From contig JAKSOL010000023.1 in assembly GCA_024405635.1 (NCBI GenBank), positions 1 to 47,637 on the forward strand: a stretch of DNA of 47,637 nucleotides. The letters run 5' to 3'. A model generated the notes under the pieces. It saw nothing but the letters and a program-made list of their open reading frames with translations, had not been told where the DNA came from and searched no databases. Position 1 is the stretch's first letter. The number at the start of each line of letters is the position of its first letter. A program made the translations under genes and the position numbers. Shown here in pieces: positions 1 through 7,802 of this stretch. This stretch comes from Salinivirgaceae bacterium (GTDB lineage Bacteria; Bacteroidota; Bacteroidia; Bacteroidales; SZUA-534).

Positions 1-192
1 TAATATGTTTTACGTTCTACGTTTTAAGTTCTGCTTAACTGCTAATGGCCAACGGCTAACGGCCAAAAGTTCTATTGGTGGCTGAGCTTGTCGAAGCCGC
101 CTTTGGAATGATTAATGTTTAATGATTAGTGATTAATATGTTTTACGTTCTACGTTTTAAGTTCTGCTTAACTGCTAATGGCCAACGGCTAA
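1..192. repeat. 59-bp exact direct repeat (1-59 and 134-192, period 133 bp) built from degenerate heptamers; may continue upstream of the window
   Basis: taatatgttttacgttctacgttttaagttctgcttaactgctaatggccaacggctaa occurs at 1-59 and 134-192. Confidence 0.95.
77..101. repeat. REP-like hairpin GGTGGCTGAGCTTGTCGAAGCCGCC
   Basis: Stem ggtggct/agccgcc around gagcttgtcga; the CTGAGCTTGTCGAAG core resembles dispersed extragenic palindromes I recall from Bacteroidota genomes. Confidence 0.6.
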
Positions 193-249
193 AAGCCAAC
201 AGCCCCATTAATCATTAAACGTTTATCACTAATCATTATAAACGTATGT

Positions 250-257
250 TAACTTTG
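250..257 (+). promoter_or_regulatory. Bacteroidota sigmaA -7 element (TAACTTTG)
   Basis: Matches TAnnTTTG, 27 bp upstream of the ATG at 284. Confidence 0.6.
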
Positions 258-283
258 CGGCCACAAAATCAAATCATAATAAA

Positions 284-619
284 ATGAGCAGTCTTACTCT
301 ACATGACGTGCAACAAACGGTTGACAACTGGATAAAACGCTATGGCGTGCGTTATTTCAGCGAACTAACAAACATGGCCATTTTAACCGAAGAGGTTGGC
401 GAACTGGCTCGACTTATGGCTCGCACCTACGGCGAACAGTCGTTTAAAGAGAGCGATAAGCAACATTCAATAGCCGACGAACTGGCTGACATACTGTGGG
501 TTGTGGCTTGCATTGCCAACCAAACGGGCGTAGATCTTACCCAAGCTTTTGAGCAAAACATTGAAAAGAAAACTACTCGCGATAGCGAACGTCACCTTAA
601 TAATCAAAAGTTGAAATGA
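284..619 (+). CDS. MazG-like nucleotide pyrophosphohydrolase (YpjD family)
   Basis: LTEEVGELAR...DELAD MazG motif; 111 aa. Confidence 0.9.
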   Translation: MSSLTLHDVQQTVDNWIKRYGVRYFSELTNMAILTEEVGELARLMARTYGEQSFKESDKQHSIADELADILWVVACIANQTGVDLTQAFEQNIEKKTTRDSERHLNNQKLK

Positions 620-957
620 AGCACCTATTCCAGTTTCTGATAATTATTGTCTTTTCGTTTATTGGCGAATTTTTACACCATTTTATTCCTCTGCCCATTC
701 CTGCTTGCATTTATGGAATTGTAATCATGTTTTTGTGTCTCGAACTGCACATCGTTCCTTTAAGTGCTGTGAAAGAAACGGGCGATTTTTTGGTAAAAAT
801 TATGCCCATTATGTTTGTTCCAGCCGCAGTTGGTTTGTTAAGCGTGTGGGATTCTATTGCCGACAAGTGGTTTGAGTATTTGGTTATTTGCCTTGTAACC
901 ACTCTAATTGTTATGTTTATATCGGGCAAGGTAACCGATTGGGTATTAAAGAAATAA
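616..957 (+). CDS. CidA/LrgA family holin-like membrane protein
   Basis: Hydrophobic 113 aa with PLPIPACIYG and MFVPAAVGL motifs; adjacent to an LrgB-family gene. Confidence 0.9.
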   Translation: MKHLFQFLIIIVFSFIGEFLHHFIPLPIPACIYGIVIMFLCLELHIVPLSAVKETGDFLVKIMPIMFVPAAVGLLSVWDSIADKWFEYLVICLVTTLIVMFISGKVTDWVLKK

Positions 958-960
958 AGT

Positions 961-1653
961 ATGAAATTGTTTTTGGAAAATGCCGCATATTTTGGTGTGT
1001 TTATCAGTTTGGCATCGTACTACATAGGCACACTTTTGCGCAAAAAAATAAACTTTGCTCTTTTTAATCCGCTGTTGGTTTCAATAGTATTGATTATTGT
1101 TTTTTTAAAAGTGTTCAACATTAATCACGTTGCATATTTACGTTCAAACGAAATATTTACATACTTACTTACCCCTGCAACTATTTGTTTAGCCATTCCT
1201 CTTTACGAGCAATTTGAGTTGCTAAAACACAACTACAAAGCCGTTTTGCTAGGCATTGCATCGGGCATTGTGGCAAGTTTAGGTAGCGTGTTGGTTCTTT
1301 GCATATTATTTAAAATGGGTCACGAAAACTTTGTAACTCTTTTGCCCAAAAGCTTAACCAACGCCATTGGAATGGAAGTTAGCCGCGAGTTAGGAGGATA
1401 CCCATCGGCAACCGTTTCGGCAATAATTATAACTGGTGTATTTGGCAACATTGTAGCCGAAGCCGCATGCCGTTGGTTTAGATTTAAAAGTCCAATTGCA
1501 AAAGGCGTAGCAATTGGTAGCGCTGCTCACGCAATGGGAACTTCAAAGGCACTTGAAATGGGTCAAGTTGAAGGTGCAATGGGCAGTTTGTCAATTGTGG
1601 TATCGGGATTACTAACTGTTATTGCAGCGGGATTTGTGGCAAACGTTTATTAA
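961..1653 (+). CDS. LrgB/CidB family membrane protein
   Basis: FNPLLVS, LTPATICLAIPLY, LPKSLT, AHAMGTSKA motifs. Confidence 0.92.
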   Translation: MKLFLENAAYFGVFISLASYYIGTLLRKKINFALFNPLLVSIVLIIVFLKVFNINHVAYLRSNEIFTYLLTPATICLAIPLYEQFELLKHNYKAVLLGIASGIVASLGSVLVLCILFKMGHENFVTLLPKSLTNAIGMEVSRELGGYPSATVSAIIITGVFGNIVAEAACRWFRFKSPIAKGVAIGSAAHAMGTSKALEMGQVEGAMGSLSIVVSGLLTVIAAGFVANVY

Positions 1654-1691
1654 TGCCATATTTGAAACTGAATAGAATTAACTCAAAGGCT

Positions 1692-2219
1692 ATGCTGCAA
1701 ACCCAACAAATACTACTGCGCGCTGTTGAGCCCGAAGATCTTAAGTTCTTATACCGATGCGAGAACGACACCGACCTTTGGCAATACAGTTCAACCACCG
1801 AACCATACTCGCAACATACACTTAAACGTTTTATAAGCGATGCACAAAACGACATTTACACCAATCGCCAACAACGTTTTATGATTGTTGCTCGGCAACC
1901 AAAAGCGCATACCGTTGGTTGCATCGACTTGTTCAACTTTGACCCTTACCACCGCCGCGCCGAGGTGGGCATTGTTATTCGCGACGAGGCTGACCGCCGT
2001 CAAGGCTTTGCTGCTCTATCGCTTACACTGCTTATCGAGTACGCCTTCAATTTCTTGCACTTGCGCAATCTCTCGTGCATCATTCAAGCCGAAAACAAAG
2101 CTTCAATTGGATTATTTTCCAAATGCGGATTTGAACAATGCGGCACATTTTCCAATTGGTTTTGCCATGGCGATTGGTTTACCGACGCGGTAGTAATGCA
2201 ACTTGTGAATAAAAAATAA
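1692..2219 (+). CDS. GNAT N-acetyltransferase (RimJ/RimL, spermidine acetyltransferase-like)
   Basis: LRAVEPEDL...GCIDLFNFDP.HRRAEVGI...RRQGFA...NKASIGLF; start taken at ATG 1692 (alternative 1653). Confidence 0.85.
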   Translation: MLQTQQILLRAVEPEDLKFLYRCENDTDLWQYSSTTEPYSQHTLKRFISDAQNDIYTNRQQRFMIVARQPKAHTVGCIDLFNFDPYHRRAEVGIVIRDEADRRQGFAALSLTLLIEYAFNFLHLRNLSCIIQAENKASIGLFSKCGFEQCGTFSNWFCHGDWFTDAVVMQLVNKK

Positions 2220-2227
2220 CATACTGA

Positions 2228-3229
2228 ATGTCTGTTTTTTACATTTTTCGGTTTGTACAAAAACTAACAGCAGCAAAGTTAGCCAACAGCATTAGTTTGC
2301 GGTGGCAGCACCTAATGATGCGTTTGGGCGCAAACTGCAACGTTAATACAATGCCCGAATCGATAACCGTTGAACCAATTGCCGCTTGTAACCTAAAATG
2401 CCCACAATGCACCATTGGCAGCGGAAATTTGCAACGCAAACGAAAACAAATGTTGGCAAGCTCGTTTGCCAATGTTTTGGCACAAACTAAACGCCAATTG
2501 GTTTACTGCCAGTTTTTTATGCAAGGCGAACCTACCCTTAGTCCCGACCTTTGCCAAATGATTGAACTAGCCAACAAAAACGGCATTGTTACGGGCACTT
2601 CAACAAACGGGCACTTTTTAACTCCTCAATTGTGTCACAACCTTATTGCGTCGGGACTAGACCGCATCATTATTTCGGTTGATGGAACCGACCAACAGAC
2701 TTACGAGAAATACCGCGAGGGCGGCAACCTACAAACAGTTATTGAAGGCATTGGCAATTTAGCATCGGCCCGAAAAAACCTGAAAAAACACAACCCCGAA
2801 ATAATTGTGCAGTTTATTGTTTTTAAGCACAACGAGCATCAAATATCTGGAATTAAGCATCTTGCAAAAAAATGGGGAGCCGACAAGGTTGAAATAAAAT
2901 CGGCACAAATTGAGCAACTTGACCAAGCCGCCGATTGGTTGCCTCAACAATCGCACATAAACCGATACAAAAAAGCTCCCGATGGCAGTTTCTACATAAA
3001 CAAAAAATACCCACTCAGTTGCTTCAGATTGCGCAGCGTGCTAGTGGTTAATGCCGATGGTAACGTGGTTCCATGTTGCTTTGACAAAAACGGACAACAT
3101 TGCTTTGGCAACACAAACAAACAACCAGTGAAACAAATTTGGCAAGGCGCGGCTTTCAACTCGTTTCGTAAACAAGTGTGGAAAAATACCGATGCACTGC
3201 TAATGTGCAAAAACTGTAACCAATTGTAG
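2228..3229 (+). CDS. Radical SAM protein with SPASM/twitch domain
   Basis: CNLKCPQC (CxxxCxxC), QGEPTL, C-terminal C...DGNVVPCC...GN...CKNC. Confidence 0.92.
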   Translation: MSVFYIFRFVQKLTAAKLANSISLRWQHLMMRLGANCNVNTMPESITVEPIAACNLKCPQCTIGSGNLQRKRKQMLASSFANVLAQTKRQLVYCQFFMQGEPTLSPDLCQMIELANKNGIVTGTSTNGHFLTPQLCHNLIASGLDRIIISVDGTDQQTYEKYREGGNLQTVIEGIGNLASARKNLKKHNPEIIVQFIVFKHNEHQISGIKHLAKKWGADKVEIKSAQIEQLDQAADWLPQQSHINRYKKAPDGSFYINKKYPLSCFRLRSVLVVNADGNVVPCCFDKNGQHCFGNTNKQPVKQIWQGAAFNSFRKQVWKNTDALLMCKNCNQL

Positions 3230-3291
3230 CTATTGACATCTATTTCAGCAAACTGAAATATATTTACTGCACAAACCAAAATTGTAACACT

Positions 3292-4272
3292 ATGAATAAG
3301 AACTTTAGAATTGGCATAATGGGCACAGGCTGGATTGCCGAAAAAATGGCCATAACAGTTGCTGGCTTACAAGATGTTGAATTGTATGCCGTTGCATCAC
3401 GTAGCCAAGAACGCGCTAATGAGTTTGCTGCAACGTGGCACTTTACCAAAGCATACGGCAGCTACGAGCAACTAGTTAACGACCCCGAGGTGGACCTTGT
3501 TTACATTGGCACACCCCACTCGGAGCACTTCGACAACATGATGCTTTGCCTTTCAGCTTACAAACCAATTCTTTGCGAAAAAGCCTTTACAGCCACTGCT
3601 CGCCAAGCCGAACAGGTAATTAACGAGGCACACAAACGTAATGTTTTTGTGAGCGAGGCCATTTGGACACGATTCATGCCTCTTTCGCACAAAATAATTG
3701 AACTGGCCAACAGCGGTATTATTGGTACGCCAAACCAAGTATCGGCAAACCTTTGCTACCCAAACATTGAACGCCCACGCATGTACTTGCCCGAACTTGC
3801 TGGCGGTGCCCTGCTCGACCTTGGCGTTTACTGTCTCAACTTTGCTGCTATGATTTTTGGCAGCGATATTGAAGAAACATCGTCAAGCGCAATGATGACT
3901 AAAACTGGAGTTGATGCCGCAAACTCTATTACACTGAAATACAGCAACAACCGAATGGCTGTTCTTTGGTCGTCGAACCTTACAAAGAGCGCACGCGAAG
4001 GAATTATTTCGGGCGAAAATGGTCACCTAATTGTTGAAAACATAAACAACCCTCAAAGCGTTTCAATTTTTAACAACGACTACCAACTTGTTGAGAAAAT
4101 TAACTGCGAACCTCAAATAACTGGCTACGAATACGAAGTTTTAGCATCAATGGAAGCAATTAAAAACAAGCAACTAGTTACACCATTTATGTCGCACGAC
4201 GAAACCATTCGTATTATGCGCCAAATGGACGAGCTACGCACTGCTTGGGGTGTAGTTTATCCATGGGATTAA
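3292..4272 (+). CDS. Gfo/Idh/MocA family oxidoreductase
   Basis: GIMGTGWIA Rossmann start, LCEKAF, GGALLDLGVY. Confidence 0.93.
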   Translation: MNKNFRIGIMGTGWIAEKMAITVAGLQDVELYAVASRSQERANEFAATWHFTKAYGSYEQLVNDPEVDLVYIGTPHSEHFDNMMLCLSAYKPILCEKAFTATARQAEQVINEAHKRNVFVSEAIWTRFMPLSHKIIELANSGIIGTPNQVSANLCYPNIERPRMYLPELAGGALLDLGVYCLNFAAMIFGSDIEETSSSAMMTKTGVDAANSITLKYSNNRMAVLWSSNLTKSAREGIISGENGHLIVENINNPQSVSIFNNDYQLVEKINCEPQITGYEYEVLASMEAIKNKQLVTPFMSHDETIRIMRQMDELRTAWGVVYPWD

Positions 4273-4341
4273 GCAAAAACTATTATGTAGCTGATTTTTA
4301 GAATTTTAATTACATAAGGCAAGTGTGGTGATACAACTAAA

Positions 4342-4866
4342 CTACACTTGCTTTTTCTTTATATTCTTAATAGCGCATAGCACCGCTGGAGCCGAAACAT
4401 GCGGCGCTGCATCGTCAACAATCATAAAAAACTCGTTTAGCAATTCGGGTTCCTGCAAGCAAAGCCTATACGCTAGTTTAATGCAAACAGATTGTTCGGC
4501 AATAGGCACCTCGTGACTAAACATGTGGTCCAAACAATAGTTGAGCAAGCTAACGTTTATCGGTTTTTCGTCGGGCAAAGCAAGCAAAACGTTAAGCAAT
4601 AGTCGGCGAGTTCCAGGATGAATGTTCTGTTTCACAATTTTGTTTACCAAATCGGCACGATGAGGAACAAACCACTCTGGGCGTTTTTTGCACAACTCGG
4701 TGCACACCCATGCTGTTCGCCAACTAAGCGTATTGTCGGAGCTACCCAAAAAGCCATACATCTGAGCAAATAATTGCTCGTTTGCGGCAATCATTTCCGC
4801 CATTTTCACAATGTGTGGCTTGCTGAAATCAGCTAGTATTTGTACTGAAAGCGGTTGATTGGTCAT
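4342..4866 (-). CDS. Hypothetical helical (ARM/HEAT-like) protein
   Basis: 174-aa ORF tightly following the macro-like gene; amphipathic helical pattern (SWRTAWVC...). Confidence 0.65.
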   Translation of the reverse strand: MTNQPLSVQILADFSKPHIVKMAEMIAANEQLFAQMYGFLGSSDNTLSWRTAWVCTELCKKRPEWFVPHRADLVNKIVKQNIHPGTRRLLLNVLLALPDEKPINVSLLNYCLDHMFSHEVPIAEQSVCIKLAYRLCLQEPELLNEFFMIVDDAAPHVSAPAVLCAIKNIKKKQV

Positions 4867-4874
4867 TGCATTAT

Positions 4875-5279
4875 TTATTTTTCAATTAACTCATTTACAA
4901 ACGATTGCGGAAGGTAAATATTTTCAACCTTAAGAGCCTTGGTAAACAATGGCGCTATTTGTTTGTCGGTAAAACCAGCAATGCCGCAACCAATACGCGT
5001 TACCAAAAATTTGAATTGGGGGTTTGCTTTTGCAAAGGTTATAAACTCGTCAACGTATGGTTTTATTGCGTCCACACCACCGTGCATGGTTGGAATAGCG
5101 TAGCATTTACCTTGCAAACCCACGCCTTGTCCCCAAATGGCACCAAACTTATCGGCAGCAATGCGGGCTGCTCCTCCCGCATGCATACCTTCTAAGTTGC
5201 TACCAAATACAAATATTTCGTCAGAATTAAGTTTATCAATTCTTGAAGAACTGATTTTCATTTGATTATTCACTTTCAT
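4875..5279 (-). CDS. Macrodomain-like protein (A1S_2505 family)
   Basis: EIFVFGSNLEGMHAGGAARIA and FLVTRIGCGIAG resemble the two Gly-rich macrodomain loops; start at 5279 or 5261. Confidence 0.8.
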   Translation of the reverse strand: MKVNNQMKISSSRIDKLNSDEIFVFGSNLEGMHAGGAARIAADKFGAIWGQGVGLQGKCYAIPTMHGGVDAIKPYVDEFITFAKANPQFKFLVTRIGCGIAGFTDKQIAPLFTKALKVENIYLPQSFVNELIEK

Positions 5280-5301
5280 TTTAACTAAATGATTAAAACT
5301 A

Positions 5302-5982
5302 TTAATCGTCTTCTCTAAAATAATCGGCCGATGCATTTTTCATTGCCGTAGAAAAATTGGCTGACTGTTCTGTGCGGCAAGCTTTGTTAATTCTTGAATA
5401 ATAGCCTTTTCGAGCTTTGATTTCTCTCAAAAACATTTCGTCGGTGCCCTTTTCGTCTTGAATAAATGTTATTGAGTTATCGATGTTTAAAGCCGATGCA
5501 ACTGACACAACATCAATGTTAGCGCCAATAAAGTTAAAGTTCCAACCAAATTCTTTCAACCTGTCAATCATTAGAGCAACATCGAAAGATGTATAATGTT
5601 TGCTGCTATTTTCCTCACCGTCGGTAATAATGGTAACACTACCTATTGCGCCCTCAATGTTTTTGATTTTGTGCTCCAAATCGGTTAAAGTTGAGCCCAC
5701 AGCATCGTTCAAAGGAGTGGCACCAAAAGGAGAATAGTCGTGGCTTGTTATGTTTTTCACCTCGGCAATTGGTTGATTTTTAATCAAATAACGCGAAGGT
5801 ATTCTTTCATTTTCCTGAAAAACATAAATGCTTACAAAATGCTCTTGCGTGTCGGCAAAACTCTGCTGAGCCGAACGAATAGTGTTCAGTGTTTCGTTGC
5901 AACCGTTTATGGTTTGCTTTTTTACGCAATCCATTGAACCGCTTTCGTCCAAAATAATCAAATTGAAAATAGATGCTTTCAT
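5302..5982 (-). CDS. von Willebrand factor A (vWA) domain protein
   Basis: MIDAS IILDESGSM, GATPLNDA, IITDGEENSS, FIGAN. Confidence 0.92.
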   Translation of the reverse strand: MKASIFNLIILDESGSMDCVKKQTINGCNETLNTIRSAQQSFADTQEHFVSIYVFQENERIPSRYLIKNQPIAEVKNITSHDYSPFGATPLNDAVGSTLTDLEHKIKNIEGAIGSVTIITDGEENSSKHYTSFDVALMIDRLKEFGWNFNFIGANIDVVSVASALNIDNSITFIQDEKGTDEMFLREIKARKGYYSRINKACRTEQSANFSTAMKNASADYFREDD

Positions 5983-6017
5983 GGCTGTAAAGTTTTAATT
6001 GTTAAACAATTACCCGA

Positions 6018-6842
6018 CTAAAAGTCGAGTGGAAACTTGCGCCAATCTTGCGAGTTTTGTGCTTTTTCAAATTCCTCCTCGTTAAACGTGAAAAGAGTTG
6101 CTGTTCTGCCTCTTGACTGTTTTTTAGGTCCGCCCTCAGGTTTTGGAAGCATTTCGTCACAACTGTAACAAATGTTTTTTTCAAGCATCGCAACTGTACC
6201 ATACAAAGCATTTTCTTCATGCAAGTCAAGTTCTTCTGCCACCCCATCTGGAACTTCATGAACAAACCCCGATGCTTGCATTTTTCGAGCAAAGTTTCTG
6301 CGATCGTAGGTTGTTCCGTGAATCAGTTCATAAATAAGTTGCAGTTCGCTCATCTTAAACACATTGTTAAGCAACTTAAAGGCAATTGGCTGAATACGAA
6401 GCTTTTGTTGCAAACATTTTCGAGCCAATTGAATAATGTCGGCATGGTCAAAAGCCAAAGGCGGAAGGTTATTCCACTCGAACCATTCGGCTTCTGAAGC
6501 ATCATCGCCAGCAATTAGTTGGTAGCTATTTTTGCGCACCAGGGCCAAAAACGCTACTGTAAGCACACGCTCGCGCGGATCGCGCTTAACATCGCTGAAT
6601 ACGTGGAATTGCTCAAGAAAAACATCGGTAACGCCTGTTTCCTCATGCAATTCGCGCAACGCACCTTGCTCAACGGTTTCGTCCATTTTTAAGAAACCGC
6701 CTGGCAATGCCCACGAGCCTTTAAATGGCTCGATGCCGCGCTCCACTAACAGGATGTTCATTGCACTCCCATCGAATCCAAAGATTACACAGTCGGTCGT
6801 CACCGCTGGATGAGGGTACTGATACGAATACATTTCAGACAT
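6018..6842 (-). CDS. nrtR: NrtR-family Nudix hydrolase-winged-helix transcriptional regulator
   Basis: Intact Nudix box GFLKMDETVEQGALRELHEETGV, RDPRERV, LAFDH, C-terminal wHTH (ELQLIYE...DRRNFARK...LFTFN); start ATG 6842. Confidence 0.88.
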   Translation of the reverse strand: MSEMYSYQYPHPAVTTDCVIFGFDGSAMNILLVERGIEPFKGSWALPGGFLKMDETVEQGALRELHEETGVTDVFLEQFHVFSDVKRDPRERVLTVAFLALVRKNSYQLIAGDDASEAEWFEWNNLPPLAFDHADIIQLARKCLQQKLRIQPIAFKLLNNVFKMSELQLIYELIHGTTYDRRNFARKMQASGFVHEVPDGVAEELDLHEENALYGTVAMLEKNICYSCDEMLPKPEGGPKKQSRGRTATLFTFNEEEFEKAQNSQDWRKFPLDF

Positions 6843-6903
6843 CTTTAATTGTATTAGTTTTTTTCTATTTAAAACAATTGCATTTATTGTTTCATTTCGA
6901 ATG

Positions 6904-6911
6904 CAAATATA
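6904..6911 (-). promoter_or_regulatory. -7 promoter element (TATATTTG) of the nrtR operon
   Basis: caaatata on the + strand equals TAnnTTTG on the - strand, ~60 bp upstream of nrtR. Confidence 0.65.
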
Positions 6912-6958
6912 TTGCGTCAAAATGACACAACAAAATATTTTGTGTAAAAATGACACAA
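6912..6958. promoter_or_regulatory. Two tandem palindromic NrtR-type operators (6912-6930, 6940-6958)
   Basis: ttgcgtcaaaatgacacaa and ttgtgtaaaaatgacacaa; both contain the GT-N7-AC core typical of NrtR sites and abut the -7 box. Confidence 0.8.
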
Positions 6959-6989
6959 AAAAGCATTGCCGTTTGGTGGCAATGCTTTT
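6957..6989 (-). terminator. Intrinsic terminator downstream of the lipoprotein gene
   Basis: aaaagcattgcc-gtttggt-ggcaatgctttt hairpin with a U-tract on the - strand. Confidence 0.75.
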
Positions 6990-7009
6990 ATATGGTTGTG
7001 GTTTGCGAT

Positions 7010-7693
7010 TTACTGTGGTTTGCAAACTGGGCGGACGGGGAAACCGTCGTAGCGGTAGCTGCTGAACCGAAGGTAGAAGTAGTCGCCCGGGTAGAATTTC
7101 AGATTACGGGCGTAGCTCGAGACGTTCTCGACGAGCGACGATGACCAGTAGAAACCGCAGAAGCCCTCGCCGTTGAGGTCGCCATCGCTGCGCAAACCAG
7201 CGGCAGGAAGGAAGATAGAAGCACCCTCATAACCCGCCTTCTTGCTGGCGAGGATATAGCCCTTTACGCCTGTGCCCTCATAGTCATTGGTCCATGTCTG
7301 GATTGTGTTGTTGTAGAGTTCTTCCCTCTCGGCTGCCGTTGGCATACGCCATTTACCACCCCAGTTGGCAGCAGCAGCATCGTCTTCTGGGTCTAATACG
7401 GTTTTATTGTCGCCTACAAATGATTCTTGTTCTACTGTGTATGTATCCCAGTTGTACTCACTTTTTGTTTTGGTTTCGCCCCATGCGTAATACGAACCAT
7501 AGTCTTCGGGATTTTCAGCACCTACATTGCATGTTGCCCATTTGACTGAAAGGCCAAGATCAACGTATTCATGTCCTTTATACATGTTGAGATCGTTGTC
7601 AGGTGCATCATCGTCGTCATCACAAGCAACGAGAGATAACGAACACATTGCGGCTATGAAAGCCACTGCGTTAAGTTTAATTAAATGTTTCAT
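7010..7693 (-). CDS. Lipoprotein with DUF1566/Fib_succ_major-like C-type-lectin-fold domain; putative DGR target
   Basis: Lipobox LVAC followed by DDDDD; YVDLGLSVKWATCNVGA, YAWGET, WRMPT, FLPAAG...YWSSS...GFPVRPV. Confidence 0.85.
   Translation of the reverse strand: MKHLIKLNAVAFIAAMCSLSLVACDDDDDAPDNDLNMYKGHEYVDLGLSVKWATCNVGAENPEDYGSYYAWGETKTKSEYNWDTYTVEQESFVGDNKTVLDPEDDAAAANWGGKWRMPTAAEREELYNNTIQTWTNDYEGTGVKGYILASKKAGYEGASIFLPAAGLRSDGDLNGEGFCGFYWSSSLVENVSSYARNLKFYPGDYFYLRFSSYRYDGFPVRPVCKPQ
7031..7192 (-). other. DGR variable-region-like segment
   Basis: 37 of 54 codons end in C and only 2 end in A, unlike the rest of the window. Confidence 0.65.
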
Positions 7694-7759
7694 TGGCTTC
7701 AGTTTAAATTGTTAATTATCAACATATTGTATGCTTATCAATATTGCTTTTTCATCAAC

Positions 7760-7802
7760 AAAAAAAAGGCGTCAGGTTTGCCTAATAGGCAAGCCTAACG
7801 CC
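7760..7802 (-). terminator. Strong hairpin plus U8, ~70 bp upstream of the lipoprotein gene
   Basis: ggcgttaggcttgccta-t-taggcaaacctgacgcc-tttttttt on the - strand. Confidence 0.75.

Noticed and set aside
1-192. Possible CRISPR array (repeat-spacer-repeat)
   Set aside because: The repeat (59 bp) and spacer (74 bp) are too long, the spacer is itself repetitive, only two copies are visible, and there are no cas genes.
616-1653. Holin/antiholin as evidence of a prophage
   Set aside because: CidA/LrgAB are ordinary chromosomal genes, and no phage structural, integrase or lysin genes are nearby.
6843-7025. N-terminal extension of the NrtR ORF in the ORF track
   Set aside because: It runs through the promoter, operators and terminator; Nudix homology starts at ATG 6842.
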